Positions 29,104 to 39,780 of a stretch of DNA of 64,000 nt are shown here, piece by piece. How positions within the stretch are numbered: position 1 is the stretch's first letter; every line of letters begins with the position of its first letter. Under the pieces are notes generated by a model, which was given only the letters and a program-made list of their open reading frames with translations, had not been told where the DNA came from and did not search any database. The stretch covers positions 544,001 to 608,000 of the forward strand of contig CAVQUB010000005.1 in NCBI GenBank assembly GCA_963716725.1, given 5' to 3'. The DNA is from an uncultured delta proteobacterium. GTDB taxonomy: Bacteria > Myxococcota_A > Polyangia > Polyangiales > Polyangiaceae. The translations under genes were made by a program, and so were the position numbers.

Positions 29104-32100
29104 ATGAGACAGCTTTCGATTCTCAGCGGGTTGGTGGGTCTGGGCATTCTGGCTGCGGCCAGCGCTGCCAACGCGGTGCCAAAGCTGCGGGCGCAGGTCG
29201 ACCAAAAGGGTGATTTCTTGTTGATCGGCAACACGCTCGGTCACGACTGCCGCAGCGGCTTGCCCGCGCCGATCGTGGGCACCGTCGGCAACTGCGGGAG
29301 CAACACCAACGACTCGTCACCGGACGTGTTCTGGCGTGCCGACGACCCGGCCGCCGGTCAGGCCAGCGCCAACCAAGCCGTCACGCTGGCCCAGGCTCGC
29401 TCCACGGCCGTACTCACGGTCCCCGCGGGGGCCACGGTCACCAAGGCCTGGCTCTACTGGGGTGCGCGCCGCACCGGCAGCTCGGCGGACACCAGCGTGA
29501 CCGTTGAGCGTCAGGGCGGTTTCAGCCAGTCGGTGAGCTCGCTGGAGACCTACACCAGCACCGCGGGCGGCGGCGAGGTGTACTACCAGTCGGTCGCGGA
29601 CGTGACGACGCTCGTGCAAGCCAACGGTTCGGGTGGCTACCGCATCGCAGGCGTCGACTCGGTCAATCTGCCTGGCCTAAACCAGAACGTGGCCTTCACC
29701 GGCTGGTACATGGTCGTGTTCTATCAGCTGGCCAGCGAACCGCCTCGGAACCTGGCGCTCTTCGACGGCTTGGATTTGGTGGACGGTGCGACCAGCCAGT
29801 CAGCGACGCTCTCGGGCTTCTTGGTGCCGGCGGCGGGCTTCGACGCCAAGCTCGGCGTGATCACCTACGAAGGCGATCCAGACGTGACGGGGGACTCGCT
29901 GCGCTTTGGCAAGACGCCGCTTGGCAACGCCGACCGGCTCACGGACGCAGTCAATCCCATCGACAACTTCTTCAACAGCTCGCGCTCGCGCCTCGGTGCT
30001 CCGGTCTCGGTGGCGGGCGATCTGCCGCGGCTGACCGGCGGCCAGGGCAGCATGTCGAGCTTCGACCTCGACGTGGTCAACATCACCAATCGGGTGACGG
30101 CGGGCCAGACTGCGGCCGACATCCAGGCGACCAGCACCGGCGACGTCTACCTGCTCGGCGCGTTCATCACCTCGATCTCGACCTTCAAGCCGGATTTCAG
30201 CACTTCTGGCAAGACGGTGACGGATCTGAACGGTGGCTCCGCGCTGCCCGGTGACGTGTTCGAGTACACGATCACGGTCACGAATACCGGCAACGACACC
30301 TCGGTGGGCACGCAGCTGACAGACGTGATCCCGACTGGCGTCACCTACGTTCCGGGCTCGACTCAGATCGTGAGCGGACCCAACGCGGGTGCCAAGACCG
30401 ACACCGCAGGCGACGACCAAGCCCAGTTCACCACCGGAACCAAGACCCTGACCGTTCGCCTTGGAACCGGCGCGAACGCCACCACCGGCGGCAGCGTGGC
30501 GCCGGGTGCGAGCAGCGTCATCAAGTTCCGGGTCACGCTGGACGCCACGGCCAGCGGCAACATCGAGAACCAGGCCAACATCTCGGCCTCCGGTCAGCAA
30601 GGCGCGCCGCAAACGACGACACCGACCGACGGCAACAACGCAACGCCGGGAGCCCAGTCGACGCCCATCGACACCGACGCCACCGACACCGACAAAGACG
30701 GAGTCAGCGACTTCGACGAGACCGTCGCGGGAACCGATCCCAATGACGCAGACAGCGACGACGACGGCGTGATCGATGGCGACGAGCCGGACTGGAACAA
30801 GGATTCGGACGGCGACGGACTGATCAACGCCCTCGATCCCGACAGCGACGACGACGGCCTGTATGACGGTACCGAGTTGGGGCTCGACTGCGCCGCGACC
30901 GGCACCGACCCGTTGAAGGGTCACTGCATCGCGGACGCCGACAAGGGCGCCACCAAGACCGACCCGCTGCTCTGGGATACCGACGGCGGCGGCGCCAGCG
31001 ACGGCAGCGAGGGCGCCAACCTGAACGGCGCGAAGGACTCCGGCGAGGGCGATCCGACCCTCGGCAATGGGGCCGACGACGCCAGCGTCGTCGACACCGA
31101 CAAGGACGGCCTGTCGGACGCGCTGGAGAAGTTCCTTGGCTCTGGCGTCAACGACGCCGACAGCGACGACGACGGCTTGCTCGACGGTGACGAGCACAAC
31201 CCCGCGGACGACACCGATGGCGATGGTCTCCGGAACGTGATCGACGTCGACAGTGACGACGATGGCCTCTACGACGGGACCGAGAACGGAGCAGGCTGCG
31301 ACGATCCGGCCACCGACAAGACCGCCAAGCACTGCGTCGCCGACGGCGACAAGGGCGCCACCGTCACCTCCAGCCTGATGAAGGACACCGATCGCGGCGG
31401 CGTCAGCGACGGCAGCGAGGACATCAACCTCAACGGCGTCATCGATGCCGGCGAGTCCAACCCCACGCTCGGTCACGGCGCCGACGACGGCACAGGCAAC
31501 AAAGACTCCGACAAGGACGGCCTCTCGGACGGCCTGGAAGCGACACTGGGCTCCGATCCCAACGACGCTGACAGTGACGACGACGGCGTGCTCGACGGCG
31601 ACGAGCTGAACCCCGCGGATGACACCGACGGCGATGGCCTGAAGAACATCGTCGATCCGGACAGCGACGGCGACGGCCTGTTCGACGGGACCGAGCTTGG
31701 TAAGGACTGCGGCAACGCTGCGACGAACGCAGCTGCGGGCAAGTGCATTGCCGATGGCGACAGCGGCGCCACCACCACGAGCCCCCTCATCTCCGACACC
31801 GACACGGGCGGTGTGAGGGACGGCGACGAGGACACCAACAAGAACGGCGTCGTCGACGCGGGCGAACGCGACCCGAACGATCCAAGCGATGACAACACCG
31901 GAACTGGCGGCACGGGCGGTCAAGCCGGCGCTGGCGGCGCGGGCGCGACGGCCGGAAGCGGTGGCGGCGCGGGCACGGGCGCGACCGCCGGCAGCGGCGG
32001 CGTAGGCGGCGGCGGTGGCAGCGCAGCCCAGGGTGGCAATCCGACCTCCGACCCCACCGGCACGCTCGAAGGCGGCGGCTGCAAGTGCTCGGTGCCCGGC

Positions 32101-32181
32101 TCGAGCTCCAACACGCCAGGTGCGCTGGTGCTCGCCGGCCTCGCGCTCGCGGCCTTCGGCGGCAGGCGTCGTCGGCGCTAG
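29104..32181 (+). CDS. Large surface adhesin-like protein: N-terminal globular domain, DUF11, Asp-rich Ca-binding repeats, Gly linker, MYXO-CTERM
   Basis: KTVTDLNGG...PGD..EYTITVTNTG (DUF11); three modules of DxDxDGxxD repeats; GGGCKCSV + TM + RRRRR. Confidence 0.85.
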   Translation: MRQLSILSGLVGLGILAAASAANAVPKLRAQVDQKGDFLLIGNTLGHDCRSGLPAPIVGTVGNCGSNTNDSSPDVFWRADDPAAGQASANQAVTLAQARSTAVLTVPAGATVTKAWLYWGARRTGSSADTSVTVERQGGFSQSVSSLETYTSTAGGGEVYYQSVADVTTLVQANGSGGYRIAGVDSVNLPGLNQNVAFTGWYMVVFYQLASEPPRNLALFDGLDLVDGATSQSATLSGFLVPAAGFDAKLGVITYEGDPDVTGDSLRFGKTPLGNADRLTDAVNPIDNFFNSSRSRLGAPVSVAGDLPRLTGGQGSMSSFDLDVVNITNRVTAGQTAADIQATSTGDVYLLGAFITSISTFKPDFSTSGKTVTDLNGGSALPGDVFEYTITVTNTGNDTSVGTQLTDVIPTGVTYVPGSTQIVSGPNAGAKTDTAGDDQAQFTTGTKTLTVRLGTGANATTGGSVAPGASSVIKFRVTLDATASGNIENQANISASGQQGAPQTTTPTDGNNATPGAQSTPIDTDATDTDKDGVSDFDETVAGTDPNDADSDDDGVIDGDEPDWNKDSDGDGLINALDPDSDDDGLYDGTELGLDCAATGTDPLKGHCIADADKGATKTDPLLWDTDGGGASDGSEGANLNGAKDSGEGDPTLGNGADDASVVDTDKDGLSDALEKFLGSGVNDADSDDDGLLDGDEHNPADDTDGDGLRNVIDVDSDDDGLYDGTENGAGCDDPATDKTAKHCVADGDKGATVTSSLMKDTDRGGVSDGSEDINLNGVIDAGESNPTLGHGADDGTGNKDSDKDGLSDGLEATLGSDPNDADSDDDGVLDGDELNPADDTDGDGLKNIVDPDSDGDGLFDGTELGKDCGNAATNAAAGKCIADGDSGATTTSPLISDTDTGGVRDGDEDTNKNGVVDAGERDPNDPSDDNTGTGGTGGQAGAGGAGATAGSGGGAGTGATAGSGGVGGGGGSAAQGGNPTSDPTGTLEGGGCKCSVPGSSSNTPGALVLAGLALAAFGGRRRRR

Positions 32182-32377
32182 CTCTGCGCGCAGCCGCTGG
32201 CGGCTTTTGGCCCTCGACGTCCCGGCGGCGTCGGGGGCCGAGTCGCTCGCCGCCTGTAGGCTGCAAACGGCAGCCGTTGCCAACAGCCCGCAAGAGCGAA
32301 GCGGGAAGGAGGCGAGTTTGCCGGCGCTGCCAGTTTGGGCCCGGGTGGCACGCAACTTGAAGTGCTCACCGGCACTA

Positions 32378-32393
32378 CGCAGAATGCGTGCCA
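32378..32393 (-). promoter_or_regulatory. sigma-54 -24/-12 motif downstream of the activator gene
   Basis: Minus strand TGGCACGCATTCTGCG. Confidence 0.5.
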
Positions 32394-32510
32394 AGGGAGG
32401 TGGCGTGCTTGCGCCGGATCAGCCCACCCAAGCGTCGCATCGAGCCTGCACTTGTGGGCCGTTGACGACAACTTCGCGTCCCCGCGAGCACGAACTTCGA
32501 GCGAAGCGTC

Positions 32511-32526
32511 TGGCACGCGCGCTGCA
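32511..32526 (+). promoter_or_regulatory. sigma-54 -24/-12 motif with no large ORF downstream
   Basis: TGGCACGCGCGCTGCA. Confidence 0.5.
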
Positions 32527-32627
32527 AGGCACGGGCGACATCCAATGGAGCAACCGGATCGCCAACTCGCTCAGAAGTCCCGAATCGGCCAGGAGCAAGC
32601 CTCACCGCGGAAATGAACTTCCGGGCT

Positions 32628-33977
32628 TCAGTCGGTCCCGTCCGGGGGCAGCGAGGAGCGCTGGTCCCGGAAGCCATGTCGTTGGAGCAGCTTGATCAGG
32701 TAGCTGCGATCCATCCGGGCCTTGCGCGCAGCTTCGCTCACATTCCCGTTCGACGCGGCCAGCAAGTGCTCCAGATACTGATGTTCGAAGCTGTTGAGTA
32801 CCGCGTTGCGCGCGTCCTTGTAGGGCAGGTCGAGGGGCGCTGCGACCTCGCTCGGGGCAGGAGCGACCGAGTCGTGGCGAAACAGATCCGGCGCCTCGCC
32901 CATGGCGACGGTGGCCTCCACCCAGTTGCGCAGCTCGCGTACATTTCCCGGCCAGCGATAGGTCCGCAGCGCCTCGAAAACGTCGGGTTTCACGATCTCC
33001 GACCGGGGCCCGTCGTGGCCGCACTCCTTCAAGAAATGGTCGACCAGCAAGGACAAGTCATCGGGCCGCTCGCGCAGCGGGGGGATGCGCACCTCGACCA
33101 CGCCCAAGCGGTAGTACAGGTCCAGGCGGAAGGTCCCGGCGTTGACCTCGGCGCGCAGATCTCGGTTCGTCGCGCTCACGATCCGCACGTCGACGCTGAT
33201 GTCGGCTCTTCCGCCGACGCGACGAAAACGCCGGCGCTCGAGCGCGCCGAGCAGTTGTGGTTGGAGCTCGGGCGGCAGCTCGCCGATCTCGTCCAGAAAC
33301 AGCGTGCCTCCGTCGGCTCTTTCGAAGGCTCCGACGTGGGTGCGCTCCGCTCCGGTGAAGGCACCCCGGTCGTGACCGAAGAGCTCGCTCGCGACCACGC
33401 CGGGGGCGAGCGCTCCGCAGTCCACGACGACCAGCGGCTTGTTTGCCCGAGGGCTCTGCTCGTGCAGCGCGCGGGCGACGAGCTCCTTACCGGTGCCCGA
33501 CTCACCGACGAGCAGCACCGGGACGGTGGTCTTGGCGACGCGGTCGACCTGGGCCATCAACCGGCGCATGGTGGGGGTGGCGCCGAGCAGATTGCACAAG
33601 CGATCGCTGCCGTGCATCTCCACCGTAGTGCCACCGCCGTCGGCCACCCGGATCGAGGTGCGACCGAGCTGAAGCGTCGTGCCGGGGCTGACGATGCCAC
33701 GCAGCAGGCGGATACCCCCGGCCTCCGTGCCGTTGGTGCTCTCGAGATCCGTCACGATGATGCCGCGATCGTCCCGCGCGAGCTCCAGGTGGAAGCGCGA
33801 AACCGTCGGATCCGTCAGCATCAGCACGTTGCCGTTGGCTGTCCCGATGCTCATCAGCTCGCTGTCGGCTTCCGCGCGCACGCCACTGTCCGGACCCGAG
33901 ATGACCTCCACGGCCAGCGTGCGCACGGGGATGCGAGTTCCAGCACTCGAAAGGGGGGACGTTGCGATGGACGGCAC
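32628..33977 (-). CDS. FHA-domain sigma-54-dependent enhancer-binding protein
   Basis: FHA (IGT...DPTVSRFH...DLESTNGT), GESGTGKE, GAFTGA, FLDEIGEL, WPGNVREL, Fis HTH. Confidence 0.95.
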   Translation of the reverse strand: MPSIATSPLSSAGTRIPVRTLAVEVISGPDSGVRAEADSELMSIGTANGNVLMLTDPTVSRFHLELARDDRGIIVTDLESTNGTEAGGIRLLRGIVSPGTTLQLGRTSIRVADGGGTTVEMHGSDRLCNLLGATPTMRRLMAQVDRVAKTTVPVLLVGESGTGKELVARALHEQSPRANKPLVVVDCGALAPGVVASELFGHDRGAFTGAERTHVGAFERADGGTLFLDEIGELPPELQPQLLGALERRRFRRVGGRADISVDVRIVSATNRDLRAEVNAGTFRLDLYYRLGVVEVRIPPLRERPDDLSLLVDHFLKECGHDGPRSEIVKPDVFEALRTYRWPGNVRELRNWVEATVAMGEAPDLFRHDSVAPAPSEVAAPLDLPYKDARNAVLNSFEHQYLEHLLAASNGNVSEAARKARMDRSYLIKLLQRHGFRDQRSSLPPDGTD

Positions 33978-34045
33978 GGCGCGGTTATACCACGGGCCAG
34001 GATCACCGATGGTGGGCTAGCCCGGCGAGATCGAGAGCAATTGCA

Positions 34046-35731
34046 ATGATGCCATTGGGTCTACGTTCCGGTCTCGCGTTGCTCGTTTCGACGTCGGTAG
34101 CCGTCGCGGCGCCGAGCATTCCGTTGGACCGCTTCGAGCCAGCTCCGACAGGCGACGCGTTGATGGCGGTCCCCGATGCGCGGGCCGACGGCCGACTCGA
34201 ATTCGGCCTCGGGGCTCGCTTCGTCTACGCGCGCGATCCCCTCGTGATGCGCGTGGTCGATGGCAGCGGGAACGAAACCTCGACCACCATCGTGGACCAC
34301 CAACTGATCGTTCATGCCTTGGTCGCGGCCACGCTCGGACAGCGCTTGGTCCTCGACCTGGACCTGCCCGGACTCCTCAGCCAAGGCGGCAATGACGGCC
34401 GGTTCGGTCAACTGGATCTCAGCGGACCGAGCGGAGCCGACTTGGGGGATCTGCGCTTGGGAGCACGCATCGCCTTGGTCGAGCAGCGCGACAGCTTCCC
34501 CGGTCTCGCGCTCGCGACTCGCGTCTGGCTCCCGACCAGCTCCGGCGCTTTTGCCGGCTCTGACACCGCCCGCCTGAGCTCGCAGGTCGTGGTTGGTCAC
34601 GACTCGTCGACCTGGCTCTGGCGCGCGACTGCCGGCGCATTGGCCGGCGCTTCCCAGAGCGGATACTCTGGCCTGTTCGGCAGCGAGGTCTTCGCCCAGC
34701 TCGGGCTCGGCTATCGGCTGGGGCCAACTCAGCTGGGCGCCGAGCTCTCGGGCGCGACGGGCGTCGACGTCCCGTGGTTGCGGCGAAACTCGACGCACGT
34801 CGAGGCACTGGCCTCGGTGAGGCAGCGCTTCGGCCCGCTCTCGGCCTTCGTGGCGGCGGGTCCCGGGCTCACTCCCGGCGCCGGCACGCCTGCGTATCGC
34901 GTGTTGATTGGTGCCGACCTGAGCTTTGAGTTCGCCCCGGAGGGTTCGGGCGCTGGTGCTGCTGGTCCTGGTGGTGGCCAGCCGACTCCCGTCGCTCCCG
35001 CATCCGGATCGCTGCCTGGCGCCTCCGGCGGCGCGGCCGATCGGGACTCCGACGGCGTGGTCGACGCGCTCGACGCGTGCCCGGATGCACCCGGAGATCC
35101 CGCGGCTCTGCGCCCCGGCTGTCCGCCCGACCGCGACAGCGACGGCGTCGCCGATCTCGACGACCATTGCCCCGATGTCCCCGGCGTGAAGAGCGCCGAT
35201 CCCGAGCGCCACGGCTGCCCGGCGGATCGCGACGGCGACGGGATCTACGACGGCGAGGACGCCTGTCCCAACGAGCAGGGCGCGCGCACGGCCGATACCA
35301 AGACCAGCGGTTGCCCCGAGTCGGTGCGGGTGGTCGGCAGGCAGATTGTCATCAGCGGTCAGGTCAACTTTGCGACGGCCAGCGACGTGCTCGCGGCCGA
35401 AAGCTCGAAGGTGCTCGAGCAAGTGGCGGGCGTGCTGCGCGATCACCCGGACATCGCGCGTCTCGCCGTTGACGGGCATACCGACGACGTCGGTCGTGAT
35501 CCGACGAACCTGGATCTGTCCCGGCGCCGAGCCATCGCGGTCGTTCGTTGGCTCGTCGATCACGGAATCGACGAGCGCCGCCTGGAAGCCCGCGGCTTCG
35601 GAGCACGGCAGCCGCTGATTCGCGAAAAGACCGCCGAGGCTCGCGCCAAGAACCGACGGGTCGAGTTCCAGATTCTGAAGCGCAGCGACAAGGGCGAGCG
35701 AGGGTGGAAAGACGGGCCGATCGATGAGTGA
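34046..35731 (+). CDS. Second TraB-like OmpA/TSP3 outer-membrane protein
   Basis: LDRFEPAP start similar to LDRYEPS of 27357; three TSP3 repeats; DGHTDD, LS..RA, NRRVEF. Confidence 0.87.
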   Translation: MMPLGLRSGLALLVSTSVAVAAPSIPLDRFEPAPTGDALMAVPDARADGRLEFGLGARFVYARDPLVMRVVDGSGNETSTTIVDHQLIVHALVAATLGQRLVLDLDLPGLLSQGGNDGRFGQLDLSGPSGADLGDLRLGARIALVEQRDSFPGLALATRVWLPTSSGAFAGSDTARLSSQVVVGHDSSTWLWRATAGALAGASQSGYSGLFGSEVFAQLGLGYRLGPTQLGAELSGATGVDVPWLRRNSTHVEALASVRQRFGPLSAFVAAGPGLTPGAGTPAYRVLIGADLSFEFAPEGSGAGAAGPGGGQPTPVAPASGSLPGASGGAADRDSDGVVDALDACPDAPGDPAALRPGCPPDRDSDGVADLDDHCPDVPGVKSADPERHGCPADRDGDGIYDGEDACPNEQGARTADTKTSGCPESVRVVGRQIVISGQVNFATASDVLAAESSKVLEQVAGVLRDHPDIARLAVDGHTDDVGRDPTNLDLSRRRAIAVVRWLVDHGIDERRLEARGFGARQPLIREKTAEARAKNRRVEFQILKRSDKGERGWKDGPIDE

Positions 35732-37490
35732 AGTCCGGCTGTCGATCCGTGTTCGGGCCGCGATACTTCTGGTCGCGATCGCGGCGGTGCCAGCCGCGGC
35801 GGTCGCATGGCGTCTCACCGGCATCAACCAGAACGCCGTGGAGCTCAGCGAAGCCAATTTGCAGGCGGCTGTCGTTGGGGAGGTCGCGAACGCAGTCTTG
35901 GGTCACGTCCGGTCGGCCGAAGAGGACACCCGAGCGGTTGCCCTGGCCATTTCCCTCGCCGCAGCGAAGCCGGATGCAGGCGCGAAGGGCGTCGACGCGA
36001 TGCTGAGTGGGCTGCTTGCCAGTCGGCGCAACCTCGCGGCGTTTCGCTTCGAAGTGCCGTCGGCGAACGTTGATACCGTCGTCAAGAAGCCAGGCGTTGC
36101 CGCCTCGGAGGTGCCGCGATCCACCCCGGAGATGCGACGGCGAGCCAGTGAGAGTGGGGTGAGTTTCGAGTTGCTGAGCCCGGGCGTCGGGGCGGTCGTC
36201 GTGCCAGTGCCCAAGGTCGATCCCGCGGGTGCCGACGGCTTCGTGACGACCGCTGCCGACTTGGCCGGGCTCTCGGGAACTCTCGAACAAGCCGCCGGTG
36301 CTCGCTTCCGCGCAGGCGGCGTTTCGATCGTCGTTGCGGACGGGACGAAGCGCGCCGTTGCCGCCCGGGGGGCCGACCTACGTGCCGGCTCCGACGTCGC
36401 GGAGTTGCCGGTCTTCGCCTTGATCCCCGCTGGTGCATCCTGGATGACCCGAACCGCGGTCGTGAGTACATTTTCGCAGGGCGGAGAGCCGCAGGTCGGG
36501 GCGGTAGAGACGGTCGAAGATCTTGGTTGGGCGGTCGGACTTTGGCGGCCGGAGCGCATCGCCTACTCCACGCTCTACGACATGCGGCGCACTAGCGCGT
36601 GGGTCGTCGGGGGCACGCTGTTCATCGCCCTCGTCGTCGGGCTATTTGCCGGTAGCGCCATCACCCGACCCGTGATGCGGCTCGCCAGCCAGGCGAGGCT
36701 GATCGGGCAGCGCCGCTGGCGCGAGGTCGCGCTCGACAGCAATCGACGTGACGAGCTCGGCACGCTCTCCCGAGCTATCGGGCAAATGGCACAGGATCTC
36801 GAGAGTGGCGAGACCGAGATCGAACGTCAGGCCAAGCTGCGCGGCGACTTGAGCCGCTTTTTGAGCAAAGACTTGGTCGATGCCATCGTGCGCGGCGAGC
36901 ACTCGCTGGCGCTCGGGGGACAACGCCGCGAGGTGTCCGTCCTGTTCGCGGACGTCGTCGCTTTCACGCCTCTGGCCGAGAGCCGTCCCGCCGAAGAGGT
37001 CGTCACCATCCTCAACGAGCTGTTCTCGATCTTGAGCGAGATCGTGTTCCGACACGAGGGCACGGTCGACAAGTTCATCGGAGATTGCATCATGGCGGTC
37101 TGGGGCGCTCCGCAGAGCCAGCCCGACCACGCGCGTCTCGCGCTGGCGGCTGCCGAGGACATGCAGCGCTTCTTGGAGAGTGCGAACCAGATGTGGTCGG
37201 AGAAATACGGTACGGAGCTGCGCCTCGCGATCGGCATCAACAGCGGCGAAGCCATTGTCGGGAACATCGGATCGGACAAGCGCATGGAGTACACCGTCAT
37301 CGGTGACGTCGTGAACGTGGCGGCTCGGCTCGAAGCAGTCGCCAAGCCCGACCAGGTGCTGGTGGCGGAGCGAACCCACGAGCTCGCGGGAGATGGTTTC
37401 GAGCTGCGTTCGCTCGGCTCTCAACAACTGACGGGCCGCAAGACTGCGACCGCTGTGTACGAGCTGCTTTTGGATGTGGGCGATGCGTGA
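35724..37490 (+). CDS. Membrane class III adenylate cyclase (2 TM, periplasmic sensor, HAMP)
   Basis: VLFADVVAFT, DKFIGDCIMAVWGAP, EYTVIGDVVNVAARLE; HAMP RRDELGTL. Confidence 0.92.
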   Translation: MSEVRLSIRVRAAILLVAIAAVPAAAVAWRLTGINQNAVELSEANLQAAVVGEVANAVLGHVRSAEEDTRAVALAISLAAAKPDAGAKGVDAMLSGLLASRRNLAAFRFEVPSANVDTVVKKPGVAASEVPRSTPEMRRRASESGVSFELLSPGVGAVVVPVPKVDPAGADGFVTTAADLAGLSGTLEQAAGARFRAGGVSIVVADGTKRAVAARGADLRAGSDVAELPVFALIPAGASWMTRTAVVSTFSQGGEPQVGAVETVEDLGWAVGLWRPERIAYSTLYDMRRTSAWVVGGTLFIALVVGLFAGSAITRPVMRLASQARLIGQRRWREVALDSNRRDELGTLSRAIGQMAQDLESGETEIERQAKLRGDLSRFLSKDLVDAIVRGEHSLALGGQRREVSVLFADVVAFTPLAESRPAEEVVTILNELFSILSEIVFRHEGTVDKFIGDCIMAVWGAPQSQPDHARLALAAAEDMQRFLESANQMWSEKYGTELRLAIGINSGEAIVGNIGSDKRMEYTVIGDVVNVAARLEAVAKPDQVLVAERTHELAGDGFELRSLGSQQLTGRKTATAVYELLLDVGDA

Positions 37491-39780
37491 ACGAATGCTG
37501 TTGAGGAGATTCGTGCCGCTCGTGGCGGTCGTGACCACGATTCGGCCGGTGTTCGCCGCGGACGACGTCACCCCCGGCTATCCGGAGCGCGTCTTGCAAT
37601 GGACGGTCAAGAACAAGGAGAGCTGCGACGACGTTGCTTCGGCGCTCTATGGCTCGGCCAAGCATCGTGCGCTGCTCGAGCGCTACAACTCGGTGAAGTG
37701 TGGCACCAAGACGCCCCTCCCGGACGGCATGACCCTGGTGGTGCCGGCCAAGGTGACGAATCTTCCTTCGGCCAGGCTGCGCTCCCTGCAGCCTGACGTG
37801 CGCGAGCGACCCTCTGGCGGCGCCTGGCAAGAAGCGTCACCTGGTATGCCGCTCTACAAGAACCACAGCGTCAACACGATGGAGAAGGCGCGGGCCGACA
37901 TCCTGTTCGTCGATAGAACGCGCGTCGTGCTCGCCGAGCACACGCTCGTGATCATCTACGGCACGGCGAAGCAGACGGCCGTGGCGAAGGCGCCGCCCAC
38001 CATCGAACTCGAGAGCGGCGAAGTTCAGGCGGGGCTCGCAGCGCTCCGAGGCAAGCCCGTCCAAGTCGGAGTGCAGGGCGGCGAAGTCACGGCCGAGTCG
38101 CGAGACACCGCAGTCCGCGCGAAGCAAAAGCGCGCGACCGTGTCGGTGTTCGACGGCAAGGCCAGCGTCTCGTCGGCTGGTAAGAAGGTGCAGGTCCCTC
38201 AGAACTTCGGTAGCTCCTTCCAGCAAGCGAAGGCGCCGACGCCGCCGCGACCGCTGCCGCCGGGACCCAAGTGGCTGCCGTCCAGCGTTTCGGGCGTGGT
38301 GTTGTTTCCGCACGGCAAGGGCGTCGTGAAAGCGGGTTGGGAGACGGTGCCGAAAGCGGCGGTCTACCGCGTCGAGATCGCCAAAGACTCCGACTTCACC
38401 GACTTGATCGCGCGCGAAGAAGTGCCGAGCGACGTGCGTAGTTTCCGGGGCGAGAAACTGCCGCCGGGCGCCTACTTCATGCGCGTGCGCGCGGTCGACA
38501 CCGAGGACTTCCTGGGCATCGCGTCCGACGTGCGAGCCTTCGCCATCGTCGCAGCGCAGCCGAAAGCGGGTGCGATCGACGGGGGTACCATCGAGGTGAG
38601 CCCCTACGGCGAGCTCCAGCTCGCCGCCTTCGCTGGCCTCGAACTCGCGGTGGACGAGGGGCCCTTTGGCGCGGTCCCGTCCAAGATCGATTTTCTGACG
38701 CTCTCTCCCCGTGCGCTGTCGCTTCAGGTTGCGGGCGCCAATGCGGCGACGCGTTACGAGGTGAAGTACCTCATCCCCGAGCTGAAGATTTCGCTCGAGC
38801 AGCAAGGTCCTCGCTCGGCGGCGGTGGTCGTCCGCTTCGCAGAGGTGGAGGGCATCGACGTAGCCACCCGGGTTCAGCCTTCACTCCGAGTGCGCCGCGG
38901 CAATCAAACGCGGCGCTTGCCGCTGTCGGCCGCGGCTGACGCCACCACCTGGCGAGCGAACGTCACGGGCTTGCAGCCGGGTCCGGTCTTGGTCGAGGTC
39001 GTGGATCGGCGCGGGCGACTTCTCGCGTCGACCGAGGCGACGATCGGCGAGCCGGAGCGGGCTCCCGGTGCACCGCCCGCTCAGCGGCGCTTCATCGGGA
39101 TCAGTGCGCCGCTGGTGCAGCCGTCTCCGCTGACCAACGTCGTTTGGTGGAGTCCCACTCCCGACAGCTCGGGTGCGATCAGCGGGACCGCCTACAGCGA
39201 TCATGGAAAGCCCGGCGAGCAGCTGGCGATCCGAGCGTCGGGGGCTGTCGGACCGATTGGAGTGGATGGGCTGGTCACGACGCGTGAGCTCGGCGGCTCC
39301 GCCGCCGACGGCAGCGCGTGGTTCACGCTGCGCTGGCGCTCGGCACGCCTGGGCGAGATCGAGCTGGGACCGGCGCTTCAGCTCGCGCTGCCAACCACGG
39401 CCCACAGCCCCGCCTCGCGGGTGGGTGGCGGCATCGCCATCGGCAGCATTGGCGACAAGCTCGGCTGGCTCATAGACGTCGGCGGTCGGGCGCCGCTCGA
39501 GGCCAGCGCCGAGCGACAGCCGGCGCCGGATGGGCAAGGTTTCGTGCTGGCCGGCGCCACCTACGACGTCGTGCCCTGGCTGAGGGGCTACGCGCTGCTC
39601 GACGCTCACGGGCTGCTCGACCCTCGCTCCGACGACCTCATCGGTCGCGGTGGCCTGAGCCTTGGTGTGGAAGCTGGCGGTCGCCTTTACGGCGGCCTGT
39701 CGCTTCGTGGCTCGGCGTGGGACGATGCTGGCGGCTACTTCATGGGGCAGCTCGCCGTGGGAGTCCGCGACCGGCCATGA
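37483..39780 (+). CDS. LysM + FecR + FN3-like protein with probable C-terminal beta-barrel
   Basis: WTVKNKESCDDVASALYG (LysM-like); VNT...RADILFVDRTRVVLAEHT, VSVFDGKASV (FecR); YRVEIAKDSDF, GAYFMRVRAVD (FN3). Confidence 0.75.
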   Translation: MRERMLLRRFVPLVAVVTTIRPVFAADDVTPGYPERVLQWTVKNKESCDDVASALYGSAKHRALLERYNSVKCGTKTPLPDGMTLVVPAKVTNLPSARLRSLQPDVRERPSGGAWQEASPGMPLYKNHSVNTMEKARADILFVDRTRVVLAEHTLVIIYGTAKQTAVAKAPPTIELESGEVQAGLAALRGKPVQVGVQGGEVTAESRDTAVRAKQKRATVSVFDGKASVSSAGKKVQVPQNFGSSFQQAKAPTPPRPLPPGPKWLPSSVSGVVLFPHGKGVVKAGWETVPKAAVYRVEIAKDSDFTDLIAREEVPSDVRSFRGEKLPPGAYFMRVRAVDTEDFLGIASDVRAFAIVAAQPKAGAIDGGTIEVSPYGELQLAAFAGLELAVDEGPFGAVPSKIDFLTLSPRALSLQVAGANAATRYEVKYLIPELKISLEQQGPRSAAVVVRFAEVEGIDVATRVQPSLRVRRGNQTRRLPLSAAADATTWRANVTGLQPGPVLVEVVDRRGRLLASTEATIGEPERAPGAPPAQRRFIGISAPLVQPSPLTNVVWWSPTPDSSGAISGTAYSDHGKPGEQLAIRASGAVGPIGVDGLVTTRELGGSAADGSAWFTLRWRSARLGEIELGPALQLALPTTAHSPASRVGGGIAIGSIGDKLGWLIDVGGRAPLEASAERQPAPDGQGFVLAGATYDVVPWLRGYALLDAHGLLDPRSDDLIGRGGLSLGVEAGGRLYGGLSLRGSAWDDAGGYFMGQLAVGVRDRP

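Noticed and set aside
29104..32181. Calling the adhesin traA and its neighbour traB
   Set aside because: It lacks the TraA Cys-rich repeat stalk and the gene order is reversed, so only TraB-like is supported
32190..32325. c-di-GMP-I riboswitch (GGCAAAC on the minus strand)
   Set aside because: The GAAA loop and GACGCAAAGC elements are missing and no downstream gene lies in that orientation
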